DNA of 64,000 bases from a virus (lineage: Duplodnaviria; Caudoviricetes). Below, piece after piece: positions 36,882-46,332 of this stretch (its first letter is position 1; the number at the start of each line of letters is the position of its first letter). The position numbers and the translations under genes are program-made. The notes beneath the pieces are model-generated. The model did no database searches, was not told the origin of the DNA, and saw only the letters and a program-made list of their open reading frames with translations. The DNA is taken from the IMG/VR virus record IMGVR_UViG_3300042542_006078; one strand, written 5' to 3'.

Positions 36882-38740
36882 AATCCAAATTCCCTGAGTA
36901 ATTTGTCATACTTTCTTTCAGGTATGTAAGTATAACCACCATAGTATGAATCTTTTTCTGGTGCTAGAATATCAATTTCATCATCGGCTAGCAAATCTTC
37001 TGGAGAACCTTCCAAAAGTTGTTTTTTAATTTCTTCATAAACAGCATTCTTGATTATCTGAACTGATTCTTTTGGTCTTTCTGCTCCCATAGGCAAATCA
37101 CGGAGAAGAGTATCACGAACATAAAGTGCTATGCACATTGCCATGATTGCATCATCGTGTTTGCCTTTTTGAGCCTGAGCCTTTCTTGTTACTTTATTAT
37201 ATTCAAAAGTTTGTAGCTCACAAACAAATCTCATACTGTTGATTCTGACTGTTTGATTAGTGAGCCTATTTTGCAAAGATTCAAGATAAAGTGATCTGTT
37301 AGATTGGCCTATCTTTATGCCCGGTTTCGCATTTGCGTTTTTGTTGTTTTCAAAATATAAGTTATCGTAATAAAGAGTGTGCTGCAAGGCGCTAAGAACA
37401 GCGGTGCCCGGACCCATATTCTCAACAACCACTAATGCGTTATTGTAAAATGTTGCAACCTCATTGATAACTTGGGAAAATTCGTGTGGGATGATTAGAT
37501 TGGAATAAAATTCCACAACCTGTTCAAGAGTCGCTGTGTCAATGATATGAAAAACGCTGCTATCATTGTTTTCAGCCTGACCTTCGGCACAGTCGGCGGA
37601 AAGAATATACTCATGACCTTCAACAGGTTCTTTCCAAATCCACATAGCTCCCTTGTTATCGTCGTTATCAAGTTGAGCAACTCTTCCAGCTTGGTTTGCC
37701 CATTTGGGAAATAACTTACGACTTGGATAATTACTTCTTGTTTGTTCGGTCAAGCCGTTGATGATCTTGGCACTAAAATAAGTTTCTCCTGATCCTTGAA
37801 ACTCACGCAAAACTTCTTGGCGAAAACCCTTTTCTCCAAGCTGCGCTTTTTGTTCAGATACCCAACTCTCATCGTTGTAGTCTGGATGTTCCCAATAATC
37901 GAGATCAATCACATGGAACTTGTTTAAGCGGTCTTTAGCTTCACGATAAGTTTGTTCATACCAGTTTCCCAAACCATTTACCGTTGAAATCAATGTGCAT
38001 GAACCACCTGTTGAAAGAATGGGCCACATGGCTTTCCAGTGCTTTTCCATGTCATCAATGAACGCACATTCGTCAACAATAAGGAATGTTACTGATTTAC
38101 CACGGGCAGCTTCTGGAGAGTAAAACTTCAAAGCAGAACCAGTATCAGTGAATTGCTTTAAGTGGTCGTTCCACTTTCCATCTTTCTTAGGCTTGAGCCA
38201 TTCTGGCAAGTTTTCGCAAGCACGGTCTGCCATCATGCCGATGTCGGTGGCTTCACGATCTGTTTTGGAAATAAGCATGATTTGCTGGTCTAACTGAAAC
38301 ATGCATCTCCACAAACCCCACAAAAGAGTTACGGTAGTCAAACCGCCCTGACGGAATTTTGAAATAATATTGAAACGATTGGTCTCGTAATCGTATATGG
38401 TTTTTCTTTGGTATTTGTAAAGCACAAAAGGAATTAATCCACGCATTGGGTGAAGAATTTTGACATACTTGTGACAAAAGTATGCAAAACTATCAGAGCA
38501 TTTTATCATTTCCTTTTTGCGTCTGATAGGATCATATTTTTCAATATTTTCTAAAGGTTCATCAGGATCTATTTGCAATTCAAATTTGTCGAAGTTGTAA
38601 TACTTTGGATCATACTGCAACCTTCCTATTTCTGGATCATAATTGCCTCCAGAACGGTAATAATCATCCAAGCTTTTGAAATTACTTCTCCAGACGGAAT
38701 CTTTTGCGCTTTTGAAATAACGGGTTTCTTCCATTTGCAT
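36878..38740 (-). CDS. gp17: Terminase large subunit (T4 gp17-like)
   Basis: Q-motif FVLYKYQ; deviant Walker A KFRQGGLTT; Walker B LIVDECAF; ISTVNG; nuclease LSADCAEG, VENMGPG, HDDAIMA. Confidence 0.95.
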   Translation of the reverse strand: MQMEETRYFKSAKDSVWRSNFKSLDDYYRSGGNYDPEIGRLQYDPKYYNFDKFELQIDPDEPLENIEKYDPIRRKKEMIKCSDSFAYFCHKYVKILHPMRGLIPFVLYKYQRKTIYDYETNRFNIISKFRQGGLTTVTLLWGLWRCMFQLDQQIMLISKTDREATDIGMMADRACENLPEWLKPKKDGKWNDHLKQFTDTGSALKFYSPEAARGKSVTFLIVDECAFIDDMEKHWKAMWPILSTGGSCTLISTVNGLGNWYEQTYREAKDRLNKFHVIDLDYWEHPDYNDESWVSEQKAQLGEKGFRQEVLREFQGSGETYFSAKIINGLTEQTRSNYPSRKLFPKWANQAGRVAQLDNDDNKGAMWIWKEPVEGHEYILSADCAEGQAENNDSSVFHIIDTATLEQVVEFYSNLIIPHEFSQVINEVATFYNNALVVVENMGPGTAVLSALQHTLYYDNLYFENNKNANAKPGIKIGQSNRSLYLESLQNRLTNQTVRINSMRFVCELQTFEYNKVTRKAQAQKGKHDDAIMAMCIALYVRDTLLRDLPMGAERPKESVQIIKNAVYEEIKKQLLEGSPEDLLADDEIDILAPEKDSYYGGYTYIPERKYDKLLREFGF

Positions 38741-38817
38741 CCAATTAATTTATAGTTTTTTTAAGACAAAACTAAGATAATGTATATAGTTTAGGCTATT
38801 CCAAAACAGAGGTCTAT

Positions 38818-39957
38818 ATGAAAAAGTTGCACATATGCGTGTTGGCTCTTGGCTTCTTACTGTTGGCAATACTGTTAAATAAGGAAAGAAATTCACAACA
38901 TGAACAAAATCATCCAGAAAGCCCCTTTGAAAATAAAGTAGAAAAGAAACCAGAAAAAAAAGAAGAACCTCCCAAATTAACAATTGCAGAGGCAATATCC
39001 AAAATCGACAGAATCGATTTGAGGACACATCTTGAATACCTTGCTTCAAATGAATTAGAAGGAAGAATGTCTGGCAAGAAGGGCAATAAAACTGCTGCTG
39101 AATACATCAAGAAGAAATTTGACGACAAAGGACTTTCAGCGGAATACGATAAATTCAACATCAAAAGAGTCAATCCCGGCCCCAAGAATGAAATTGGCGA
39201 TGATTTTACACAGAACATCTATGCAGTTCTAGAAGGAAACGATCCTGTCCTTAAGGATGAAGTAGTTGTGATTGGTGCCCACATGGACCATATAGGATAT
39301 GGTCCAACATACAGTCGCACAGGAGGAGGAAGGATTCATAATGGAGCAGACGATAATGCAAGTGGAACTGCGGCCTTGATTGAAATGGCAGAAGCATTGT
39401 CTGCTATGAAAGGGCAAAACAAAAGAACGATTGTTCTTATGGCATTCTCAGCAGAAGAAATGGGACTTCTTGGTAGTATCCATTATGTGAACAATCCCAA
39501 ATTCCCAAAAGGAAATCCAAATATCAAGAAACACATTTTCATGTTGAATATGGACATGATTGGTTATCTTGGCAAAAGCAAAACAGTTGCTTTTGATGAT
39601 GGATCAAGTTCGCCAGATATTGGCTTTATCATTAAGCAACTGACAGAAAAATATTCTTTTGCAAAAAATGTAACTTTGAGAGGCTCTGGTGGAAGTGATC
39701 ACGCACCCTTCTATAATAAAAGAGTGCCGATAGCGTTCCTTCATACTGGATTGCATGAATACTATCACACCCCCAGAGATACTGCTGACAAGATCAATTA
39801 TGAAGGTCTTGAAAAAGTTGCAAGATACGGTTTTGAATTGGCGTGGACCGTATGCAATGCAGTTGAAAGAGTCGAGTTTGACTATGGGTCATTCAAGGAA
39901 ATGGATTTGCTTCACGACCACGGTCAAAAAGACATGCCACTAGAGGAAATGCCATGA
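38818..39957 (+). CDS. M28 family metallopeptidase with an N-terminal signal/anchor
   Basis: GAHMDH, GADDNASG, AEEMGLLGS, NMDMIG, SDHAPF, YHTPRD. Confidence 0.93.
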   Translation: MKKLHICVLALGFLLLAILLNKERNSQHEQNHPESPFENKVEKKPEKKEEPPKLTIAEAISKIDRIDLRTHLEYLASNELEGRMSGKKGNKTAAEYIKKKFDDKGLSAEYDKFNIKRVNPGPKNEIGDDFTQNIYAVLEGNDPVLKDEVVVIGAHMDHIGYGPTYSRTGGGRIHNGADDNASGTAALIEMAEALSAMKGQNKRTIVLMAFSAEEMGLLGSIHYVNNPKFPKGNPNIKKHIFMLNMDMIGYLGKSKTVAFDDGSSSPDIGFIIKQLTEKYSFAKNVTLRGSGGSDHAPFYNKRVPIAFLHTGLHEYYHTPRDTADKINYEGLEKVARYGFELAWTVCNAVERVEFDYGSFKEMDLLHDHGQKDMPLEEMP

Positions 39958-40382
39958 CTAAAGATGAAATGATCAAGCTGCTGAACGATGACCTTAAAAA
40001 TGAATGGATGCATCTGAAATTCTATCTTTTTCATGCTAGCCAAGTAACTGGACTGCATAGCGTTGAATACAAAGAAATGCTTATCGAACACGCAGCAAGT
40101 GAAATGAAGCATATTACTGAATTTTCAGATGTAATTGTTGGATTAGGAGGACATCCAACCGATGATTCAAATCAATTCTTCAAGTATTCAGAACCAAAAG
40201 AAATCATTCAATACGCTCTGGATATGGAGGCAAGAGTGGTTGAAAACTACACTCAAAGAATCAATCATGCCGAAGAACTGGGTGGAGTTGATGGCAAATG
40301 GCTTGAAATATTTTTGGAAAAACAGGTGGAACACAGTCGTCAAGATGTCGATCAATTCAGACAAATTCTGCGTGGGATATAA
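39954..40382 (+). CDS. Ferritin-like / bacterioferritin-like di-iron protein
   Basis: LNDDLKNE...EHAASEMKH...MEARVVENY...EKQVEH four-helix pattern. Confidence 0.8.
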   Translation: MTKDEMIKLLNDDLKNEWMHLKFYLFHASQVTGLHSVEYKEMLIEHAASEMKHITEFSDVIVGLGGHPTDDSNQFFKYSEPKEIIQYALDMEARVVENYTQRINHAEELGGVDGKWLEIFLEKQVEHSRQDVDQFRQILRGI

Positions 40383-40476
40383 CTTGATTGTTATCTTCTC
40401 GCTCTATACAATTTAATGGATGAATTCTTCATAAATCCGTCACTTCATGAGAGTGCGGAACTAAGAGGGAATAAAC

Positions 40477-40779
40477 ATGAAGTATAATATTGTTTCTGAT
40501 TTGCCTGTTGCTCGTTTTTGGTACAAAGGCAACCATAGCCATCCTGTTCGCAGAACTATTTTGGTAACAACACAAGACAAGAATTCCATCACAGGTTATG
40601 AACTTCGTGAAGGAAGTAAAATTAGACCAGCTAAGTATGCTCCCGTAAAAACCTTTACAAGATCAAAAATTGCCAAGACAAATAACTTGAGACAAGATAA
40701 TCCACTTAGAAACAAAGGTCAAATTAAATCAACTCTTGTCCGAAAACCACTTATTGATCTTATCGAAAGTGGAATTTGA
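40477..40779 (+). CDS. Basic hypothetical protein (SH3/WYL-like beta domain possible)
   Basis: RBS GAGGG; FWYKGNHSHPVRRTI...ITGYE; followed by a terminator. Confidence 0.6.
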   Translation: MKYNIVSDLPVARFWYKGNHSHPVRRTILVTTQDKNSITGYELREGSKIRPAKYAPVKTFTRSKIAKTNNLRQDNPLRNKGQIKSTLVRKPLIDLIESGI

Positions 40780-40803
40780 AGCAAATTCTGAATAAATGTC
40801 TTC

Positions 40804-40837
40804 AAGACACTACTAAATAAAGTAGTGTCTTTTTTTT
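40804..40837 (+). terminator. Intrinsic terminator; stem and loop together contain CTAAATA
   Basis: 11-bp stem aagacactact / agtagtgtctt, loop aaataa, followed by a T run. Confidence 0.8.
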
Positions 40838-40909
40838 CGTGGTTTGATTTTCAATTCAAATCATTTAATTTTTTAGAAATCTGTCTTTAATGATAGTGGG
40901 GAAAGAAAA

Positions 40910-41914
40910 ATGTCTTTTTATTTGAACCCTTTTAGTGATTATTACGGCTACTATACAGTAGGCGATTCATCAAGTTATAAACTTACTTTTAAGGTTCCAG
41001 CCAATAAAAATATAGGCGAATTCTTTATCTGTTGGAATAGTGGACCTTTCAACCTTTCAGTAAATAGTGTATTGACATTTAATTATGCCTTCGATCCATC
41101 TTATAAGAATTGGTCTTCATTTAGTGTAAACATTGCTGGTGTAAATGCAGCAACAACGACATCTTACGAAATAGTTGGAATACTTAACTCAAATTCCAAT
41201 TTTTCATCTTGGTACATAGCAAGCGTTTACAACTCATCACAAATTGCAATTAGACAAAAAAGGCCTACTTCTTCATTTAGAACTTACATTTCCAATACAA
41301 GTGCTGAAATCGAACTAAGATTCAATAAGAAAATTGGAATTGCAGACATTCCTTCTTATTTCGACAAAGACACAATTGCTAATAGATTTTTGACCGATAC
41401 AGCGAACAACACGCTTATCAGGTTGGGAAAAATAATTACTGCAAATACCGTTAACAATCCAACTCAATGCACTTGTACAGGACATGGACTTTCAAACGGG
41501 GACTCAATTTATATTGCCAACAGCAATAGCACACCCTCTCTAAATGGTCTGCAAACTGTTACTTCTACAGGACCAAATACATTTACTATTCCAGTAAATG
41601 TTACAGTTGCAGGTACTTTTGCAGAATTCTTCACAGAAGATGAATACAATCTTCTCAACGATCTAAACATTGACTACACAAATCTTTTGAAAGATTATGA
41701 ACATCTAAAAGGAAGATGCGAATCATTCACATTTGCAGTTAATACTCTTGACGGATCAGGCAGAATTACCAAGCAAATCATATACGCAACAGGCGCTACA
41801 GCAGGCATGCTCGGAAAGAGAACTCTTTACACCTATTCTGGAGCAGCAACAACTCCTGTCACAGTAACAGAAATGCCGTATATTTTAACCGATTCTGACA
41901 TTCTTGACCCTTGA
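40910..41914 (+). CDS. Putative virion protein with an E1-FCCH-like domain
   Basis: ITANTVNNPTQCTCTGHGLSNGDSIYI...LNGLQTVT...NTFTI, the same module as in 9317..12769. Confidence 0.6.
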   Translation: MSFYLNPFSDYYGYYTVGDSSSYKLTFKVPANKNIGEFFICWNSGPFNLSVNSVLTFNYAFDPSYKNWSSFSVNIAGVNAATTTSYEIVGILNSNSNFSSWYIASVYNSSQIAIRQKRPTSSFRTYISNTSAEIELRFNKKIGIADIPSYFDKDTIANRFLTDTANNTLIRLGKIITANTVNNPTQCTCTGHGLSNGDSIYIANSNSTPSLNGLQTVTSTGPNTFTIPVNVTVAGTFAEFFTEDEYNLLNDLNIDYTNLLKDYEHLKGRCESFTFAVNTLDGSGRITKQIIYATGATAGMLGKRTLYTYSGAATTPVTVTEMPYILTDSDILDP

Positions 41915-42088
41915 CATTTTTTCTTGAAAATCATACCAATTCCAAGTGGCTGCTGATTCTTGATAGCCACTTATGCTTATTGTCTGTGGTTTTTTAATTA
42001 TTTTTTCTTTGACAAAAAAAGGCAGATTGTGAAGCACACAATCTGCCCATTCATTATTAAGTAGTGAACGCCAGCCGTTGCTGGTCAT
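41885..42088 (-). CDS. Small hypothetical protein
   Basis: GAGGT RBS immediately after the upstream stop; 30-nt convergent overlap with 40910..41914. Confidence 0.45.
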   Translation of the reverse strand: MTSNGWRSLLNNEWADCVLHNLPFFVKEKIIKKPQTISISGYQESAATWNWYDFQEKMSRVKNVRIG

Positions 42089-42099
42089 ATTACCTCATA

Positions 42100-42663
42100 T
42101 CACATAAAGAAAAGGATGTATCCAAGACCAACAACTTGTGATGCAATAACCACCAAAAGAATCTTATCCATCATTGACATACCATCTTTTTGAGGAATTT
42201 GCAATTTCTGGAACTCTTCTGCTAGTCCTTGAGCTTTCACACACTTCTTCTCAGCATGAGAAGCCAAAGACAACTCACGGTTTGCTTTGATAGCTGCAAC
42301 TATTGCATCAATCATCTCCTGCTTGGTAACAGGCTTGTTTTCGCCTAGATCAGATTGAGGATTGGATGATGCTGCAATGTGTTCAACAACTTGCATCGGA
42401 ACCTTTGATTCCAAAGATTCGATCTTTTGCTCAACAACATTTCCAGTATTAGGGTCGATTGTTTCTAGTTTTCGTTCATAAAGCATGGGTTTGCATTTTT
42501 CAACGACCCTTTGTTGTAGTTTCAAAGGGCGTTCGTCTTCAACCAATAATTCAACAACTTTTTCGCATTCTCCGTTGGAGTTTTTGATTTCAGTAACTCT
42601 GCGTTCAGCCCTGCGACCGTCTTCAAGAGTCCACTTTTCGATTTTCACATCGTCCATAATCAC
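42100..42663 (-). CDS. Hypothetical protein with a C-terminal transmembrane helix
   Basis: C-terminus ILLVVIASQVVGLGYILFFM. Confidence 0.7.
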   Translation of the reverse strand: MIMDDVKIEKWTLEDGRRAERRVTEIKNSNGECEKVVELLVEDERPLKLQQRVVEKCKPMLYERKLETIDPNTGNVVEQKIESLESKVPMQVVEHIAASSNPQSDLGENKPVTKQEMIDAIVAAIKANRELSLASHAEKKCVKAQGLAEEFQKLQIPQKDGMSMMDKILLVVIASQVVGLGYILFFM

Positions 42664-42688
42664 CCCTTTTTTTAAGGAATTAGCTATA

Positions 42689-43051
42689 CTATTTACTCTT
42701 TAATCTCACTTTTATTTCAGAAATAATTACTTTTTGATTCTTGAAAAAATCTTCAACTTGTAATTTGGCAACTTCACATGCTTGTTCGTAGTTTTCTGAT
42801 TCAATAAAACTAAGGTTTTTATATTCAATGCCCAAACCCCTATTGTATCTAACCACACCAGACCATTTCAAAATCCTTGGTTTTTTCAACATTTCTATCG
42901 CAAACTCAATTGCTTGTCCATAACTGTCACATTCTTTTGCCTCGATTGTGAAGTTGCTTTCTGGAACGGCTTCTTTTTTAACAATAAATTTACCATTGCT
43001 TGGATAAACCAAAAATCCATTGAGAATGATGTCACGCAATTCTTCGCTCAT
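42689..43051 (-). CDS. Hypothetical protein
   Basis: 120-aa ORF in the operon. Confidence 0.6.
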   Translation of the reverse strand: MSEELRDIILNGFLVYPSNGKFIVKKEAVPESNFTIEAKECDSYGQAIEFAIEMLKKPRILKWSGVVRYNRGLGIEYKNLSFIESENYEQACEVAKLQVEDFFKNQKVIISEIKVRLKSK

Positions 43052-43060
43052 ACGACACCC

Positions 43061-43591
43061 CTATGTTAGGCCCCACTTTTGTTTGAACTCATTAAGCAAT
43101 TCTTGCCTTTTCTTGTTGGCAGCTTCTACCAACTTCTTTCTTTCTTGAGGTCTCTGTAATCTTTCTACTTTCTTGGCGTTATCATAAATTTTTTCCAACT
43201 GATTTTCCCAAGACTCGTGAGGCACATAAGATTCTAACTCGCCACCTATTTCCCAATAAACCTTTTGACCATTAAATTCGCAAATTATTTCACGATGATG
43301 AAAATGCACATAAACTGAAAGATTTATACCACGGGACAAACCATCATAATGCAAACCTATCTCATAACTGTGATCGTTCTCTCCTATAGTAGGCATTTCA
43401 TCGTCTTTTTCTAAGGCAAAAGGATCGCTCAGAAATGTCTGTTCAAATGATCGACTACCTTGTTGAATTATAGGTTGGCCTAGACGCTTGGCAATTACAG
43501 AGATTTTGCCCTCCATTCCCATATATCCTCGGCGCATAGCCTCAATTGTTCTTGCCTCACGAATCATTTGCTCACGATTCATCTTTGCCAC
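43061..43591 (-). CDS. Hypothetical protein
   Basis: 176-aa ORF with GTG start after GAGG. Confidence 0.65.
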   Translation of the reverse strand: MAKMNREQMIREARTIEAMRRGYMGMEGKISVIAKRLGQPIIQQGSRSFEQTFLSDPFALEKDDEMPTIGENDHSYEIGLHYDGLSRGINLSVYVHFHHREIICEFNGQKVYWEIGGELESYVPHESWENQLEKIYDNAKKVERLQRPQERKKLVEAANKKRQELLNEFKQKWGLT

Positions 43592-43641
43592 CTCTGATCA
43601 CTATATATTCATGTCGTGAATAACTAACTCAAAGGAGCAAC

Positions 43642-45354
43642 ATGTTGCAAGGAATACTGAATTGGTTTAGACAAAACACTAGATTCATTTTTGAGAACGA
43701 TCCACTTGTTGATTCTCAAGCAATTCCAACAACAAAAAATAATCTCAACAAAACATACTTAATCGACGCTTCAGCACCATCTCTCGTAATCGAAAAATTA
43801 ATGCCAATATCAACGGCTTTACCAATGACTTCTCAAGGAGAATCTGGTGGAGGATATGCTCTTGGAACATCACAACAGCAAGCTGCTGGTCTAAAGCAAA
43901 TCGTGAATGAAGCACTTGTTTACATGATGGCAAAATCCCCCAAGAAAATTGTAAAATGGGCAGCTACATCAAATATTTCTCTCGTATCCAGAGCAGGAAC
44001 TGACATCAATGCCTTTTATGACAGAAAAGCTTTGAAGTTCTTTTACTTCACAGACAAATTAAGAAAAAAAACAGTATTTGCATGCGACTCAAGAACTGTA
44101 GTTTCACACGAATTTGGTCATGCTCTCCTCGATATTCTAAGACCTGATCTTTGGAACTTGGTTTCAGATGAGATTTGGGCATTTCATGAAGCATTTGGCG
44201 ATATGGTAGCCATGCTCAACAACCTTCAATATGAAGCATTAATCGATGCGGCTACAAAAGAAACTACAGACCTGACAAAATCAAGCGTCTTAACAAGACT
44301 TGCGGCAGACATGGGAATAGGACTATATGGTTTAACAAAAGGAACAAGCGGCGAATTGAATAATTGCCTTCGTGACATTTCACAAAAATTCCAATATGTT
44401 AGCCCATCAAGTCTCCCTAGTGATGGAAGAGATGATCAAATTATCAATGAGCCTCATAGCTTCAGTCGGGTTTTCTCAAGCATGTTTTGGTATATTCTCG
44501 TACAAGTTGCAAATTCATACATTTTAGTAGATAAACTCGCACCCAAAGCTGCTTTGGTGAAAGCAAGAGATACTATGTCAGTTTATTTACTTGTTGCTGT
44601 AAGCAGCGCATCAGCAAATAACAAGTTTTTTAGATCAGTGTGTCAAGAAATTATAATTGCAGATAAAAAAGCAGGAGGAAGATTCCAAAATCTTTTCATG
44701 TCAATATTTGTTGAATGGAAGATGTATGAATCTCCAATCAAAATGCTTAGTAAATTAACTTATGACGATGTCATTAAGAATATTGATCAGGATTTTGAAT
44801 ACCAAGACCACGGGACAATCAAAGCTTTACATGTAGGATCAAGTAAAACAATAAAACTTTCTGATTCTGTTGGTGTAGCCTCTTTGGCTATGAACCCATT
44901 GTTCTCAGCAGAAATAGAGGTTGCGGCAAAATCATCATATTACTTCGATGAAAACATGATACTTCAAGAAGCAATAGAATCTACTGAAGCAGAAATATTA
45001 CAGAGCGCAACAAACTGTCTTAACCTAATCGATAAGAAAAATTGGCTAGGCGAAAGTGACAAAGCACAATTTGAACTTGTTGATGGAAAACTTCAAAGAA
45101 CAAAGATTGCTGCATGCGGATGTAATAAACCTAATTATTGCATACCCGGATCACCCGAGTATCAAAAACCTTGGAAGCCTAAAAACAACGCTGGTTGTAT
45201 TAAATGCCGAAATCAAAACTGTTTGCCTAAATCATGTGATTGCACCAGCCCTACGCCTCCAGCACCACCTAAAACTGGATGTTATACAACATCATCAACA
45301 TGCAAAACAACAAGTATAAGAGTCGGCAATAAAACTTCAAGGAAGGTCTGTTAG
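43642..45354 (+). CDS. Gluzincin metallopeptidase (M4 thermolysin / M36 fungalysin-like) with a Cys-rich C-terminal tail
   Basis: INAFYD, SHEFGH (HExxH), FHEAFGD (third ligand), EPH; 11 Cys in the last ~80 aa; RBS AAGGAG. Confidence 0.85.
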   Translation: MLQGILNWFRQNTRFIFENDPLVDSQAIPTTKNNLNKTYLIDASAPSLVIEKLMPISTALPMTSQGESGGGYALGTSQQQAAGLKQIVNEALVYMMAKSPKKIVKWAATSNISLVSRAGTDINAFYDRKALKFFYFTDKLRKKTVFACDSRTVVSHEFGHALLDILRPDLWNLVSDEIWAFHEAFGDMVAMLNNLQYEALIDAATKETTDLTKSSVLTRLAADMGIGLYGLTKGTSGELNNCLRDISQKFQYVSPSSLPSDGRDDQIINEPHSFSRVFSSMFWYILVQVANSYILVDKLAPKAALVKARDTMSVYLLVAVSSASANNKFFRSVCQEIIIADKKAGGRFQNLFMSIFVEWKMYESPIKMLSKLTYDDVIKNIDQDFEYQDHGTIKALHVGSSKTIKLSDSVGVASLAMNPLFSAEIEVAAKSSYYFDENMILQEAIESTEAEILQSATNCLNLIDKKNWLGESDKAQFELVDGKLQRTKIAACGCNKPNYCIPGSPEYQKPWKPKNNAGCIKCRNQNCLPKSCDCTSPTPPAPPKTGCYTTSSTCKTTSIRVGNKTSRKVC

Positions 45355-45774
45355 TATAACATTATATGTGTTTTTAACAGGTTGTCCTTTATCATTATAA
45401 AAAATCGTGTTTGTGTTCGCATCAATTTTTGTGTATAAAAGTTCAGCATATGGCTTGTCGCCCATCAAATTGATGCGAACAGACACTTCAACAATTTTAA
45501 GTTTAACTTGTCTTATTGTTATCTTGAATTTATTTTTTTCACCAGCAGTCAAAAAATAACCATCCTTAGTCTTTTCGTCACTATGAATTTGATGGTCCAG
45601 TTCTTTAAGGGAATTTTTTGTAGCCCTGTAAATGATCATCAAATCTTCGTTGTAATATTTTTTAGCCTCTCCTTGTTTCCACATTACAACCCCAGTTATA
45701 ATAGGACCAACTAGGAATGGAGCTACAGAGCAGCCGCAAACAAAAAAACTCAAAAACAATACTAATTTTTTCAT
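45337..45774 (-). CDS. Lipoprotein (DUF3568-like)
   Basis: Signal II MKKLVLFLSFFVCG|C; IYRATKNSLKEL...VEVSVRINLMGD pattern. Confidence 0.65.
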   Translation of the reverse strand: MKKLVLFLSFFVCGCSVAPFLVGPIITGVVMWKQGEAKKYYNEDLMIIYRATKNSLKELDHQIHSDEKTKDGYFLTAGEKNKFKITIRQVKLKIVEVSVRINLMGDKPYAELLYTKIDANTNTIFYNDKGQPVKNTYNVILTDLP

Positions 45775-45860
45775 AGTCTTCTCCTATGATAGTTAGTATC
45801 GCAATATTTCATAAATCTGTTAAAATATAACAGATAACCTCAATATAAGGAGACCTAACC

Positions 45861-46232
45861 GTGAGTGATGAATTAAGAGAAATCTTTATGCTTTATTGCT
45901 TAGAAGAAGTTGAAAAATCATGGTCTTCATCGTTGTTCAGCAAAGTTGATTTTGATGAAGATGAAGACGACGAAGACGACGAAGACGACGAAGATGGTGA
46001 CGATGATGACGATGATGAAGACTATATTTGGAATGACAACGAAGACGAAGATGATGATGAAGACGATGAAGATGATTGGGACGACGACGAAGATGACGAT
46101 GATGACGAAGATGACGATGATGACGATGATGACGATGATTGGGACGACGACGAAGATGACGATGACGATGATGACGATGATGACGATGATGACTGGGATG
46201 ACGAAGATGAAGATGAAGAAGATAATTATTGA
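45861..46232 (+). CDS. Extremely acidic poly-Asp/Glu protein
   Basis: RBS AAGGAG before the GTG; about 90 residues almost entirely D/E with four spaced Trp; own terminator downstream. Confidence 0.7.
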   Translation: MSDELREIFMLYCLEEVEKSWSSSLFSKVDFDEDEDDEDDEDDEDGDDDDDDEDYIWNDNEDEDDDEDDEDDWDDDEDDDDDEDDDDDDDDDDWDDDEDDDDDDDDDDDDDWDDEDEDEEDNY

Positions 46233-46255
46233 TTAAAAAATAAAACAATAATTCC

Positions 46256-46289
46256 AAGGGAGTCCATGATAATATGGACTCCCTTTTTT
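46256..46289 (+). terminator. Intrinsic terminator
   Basis: 12-bp stem aagggagtccat / atggactccctt, loop gataat, T tail. Confidence 0.85.
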
Positions 46290-46332
46290 GTTTATAAAGA
46301 CTCTATATATTTACAAAACCTATGAGGATTTT

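Noticed and set aside
9317-41914. Eukaryotic or giant-virus origin suggested by E1-FCCH-like domains, actin and glycosyltransferases
   Set aside because: SD-led operons, intrinsic terminators and a T4-type head module are seen; the FCCH-like beta domain is common in phage structural proteins, and no ubiquitin-system catalytic domains are seen.
45910-46257. Met/Thr/Lys-rich (+) and poly-His/Arg (-) ORFs
   Set aside because: Alternative frames of the GAY/GAA tract; only the poly-Asp frame has an AAGGAG RBS.
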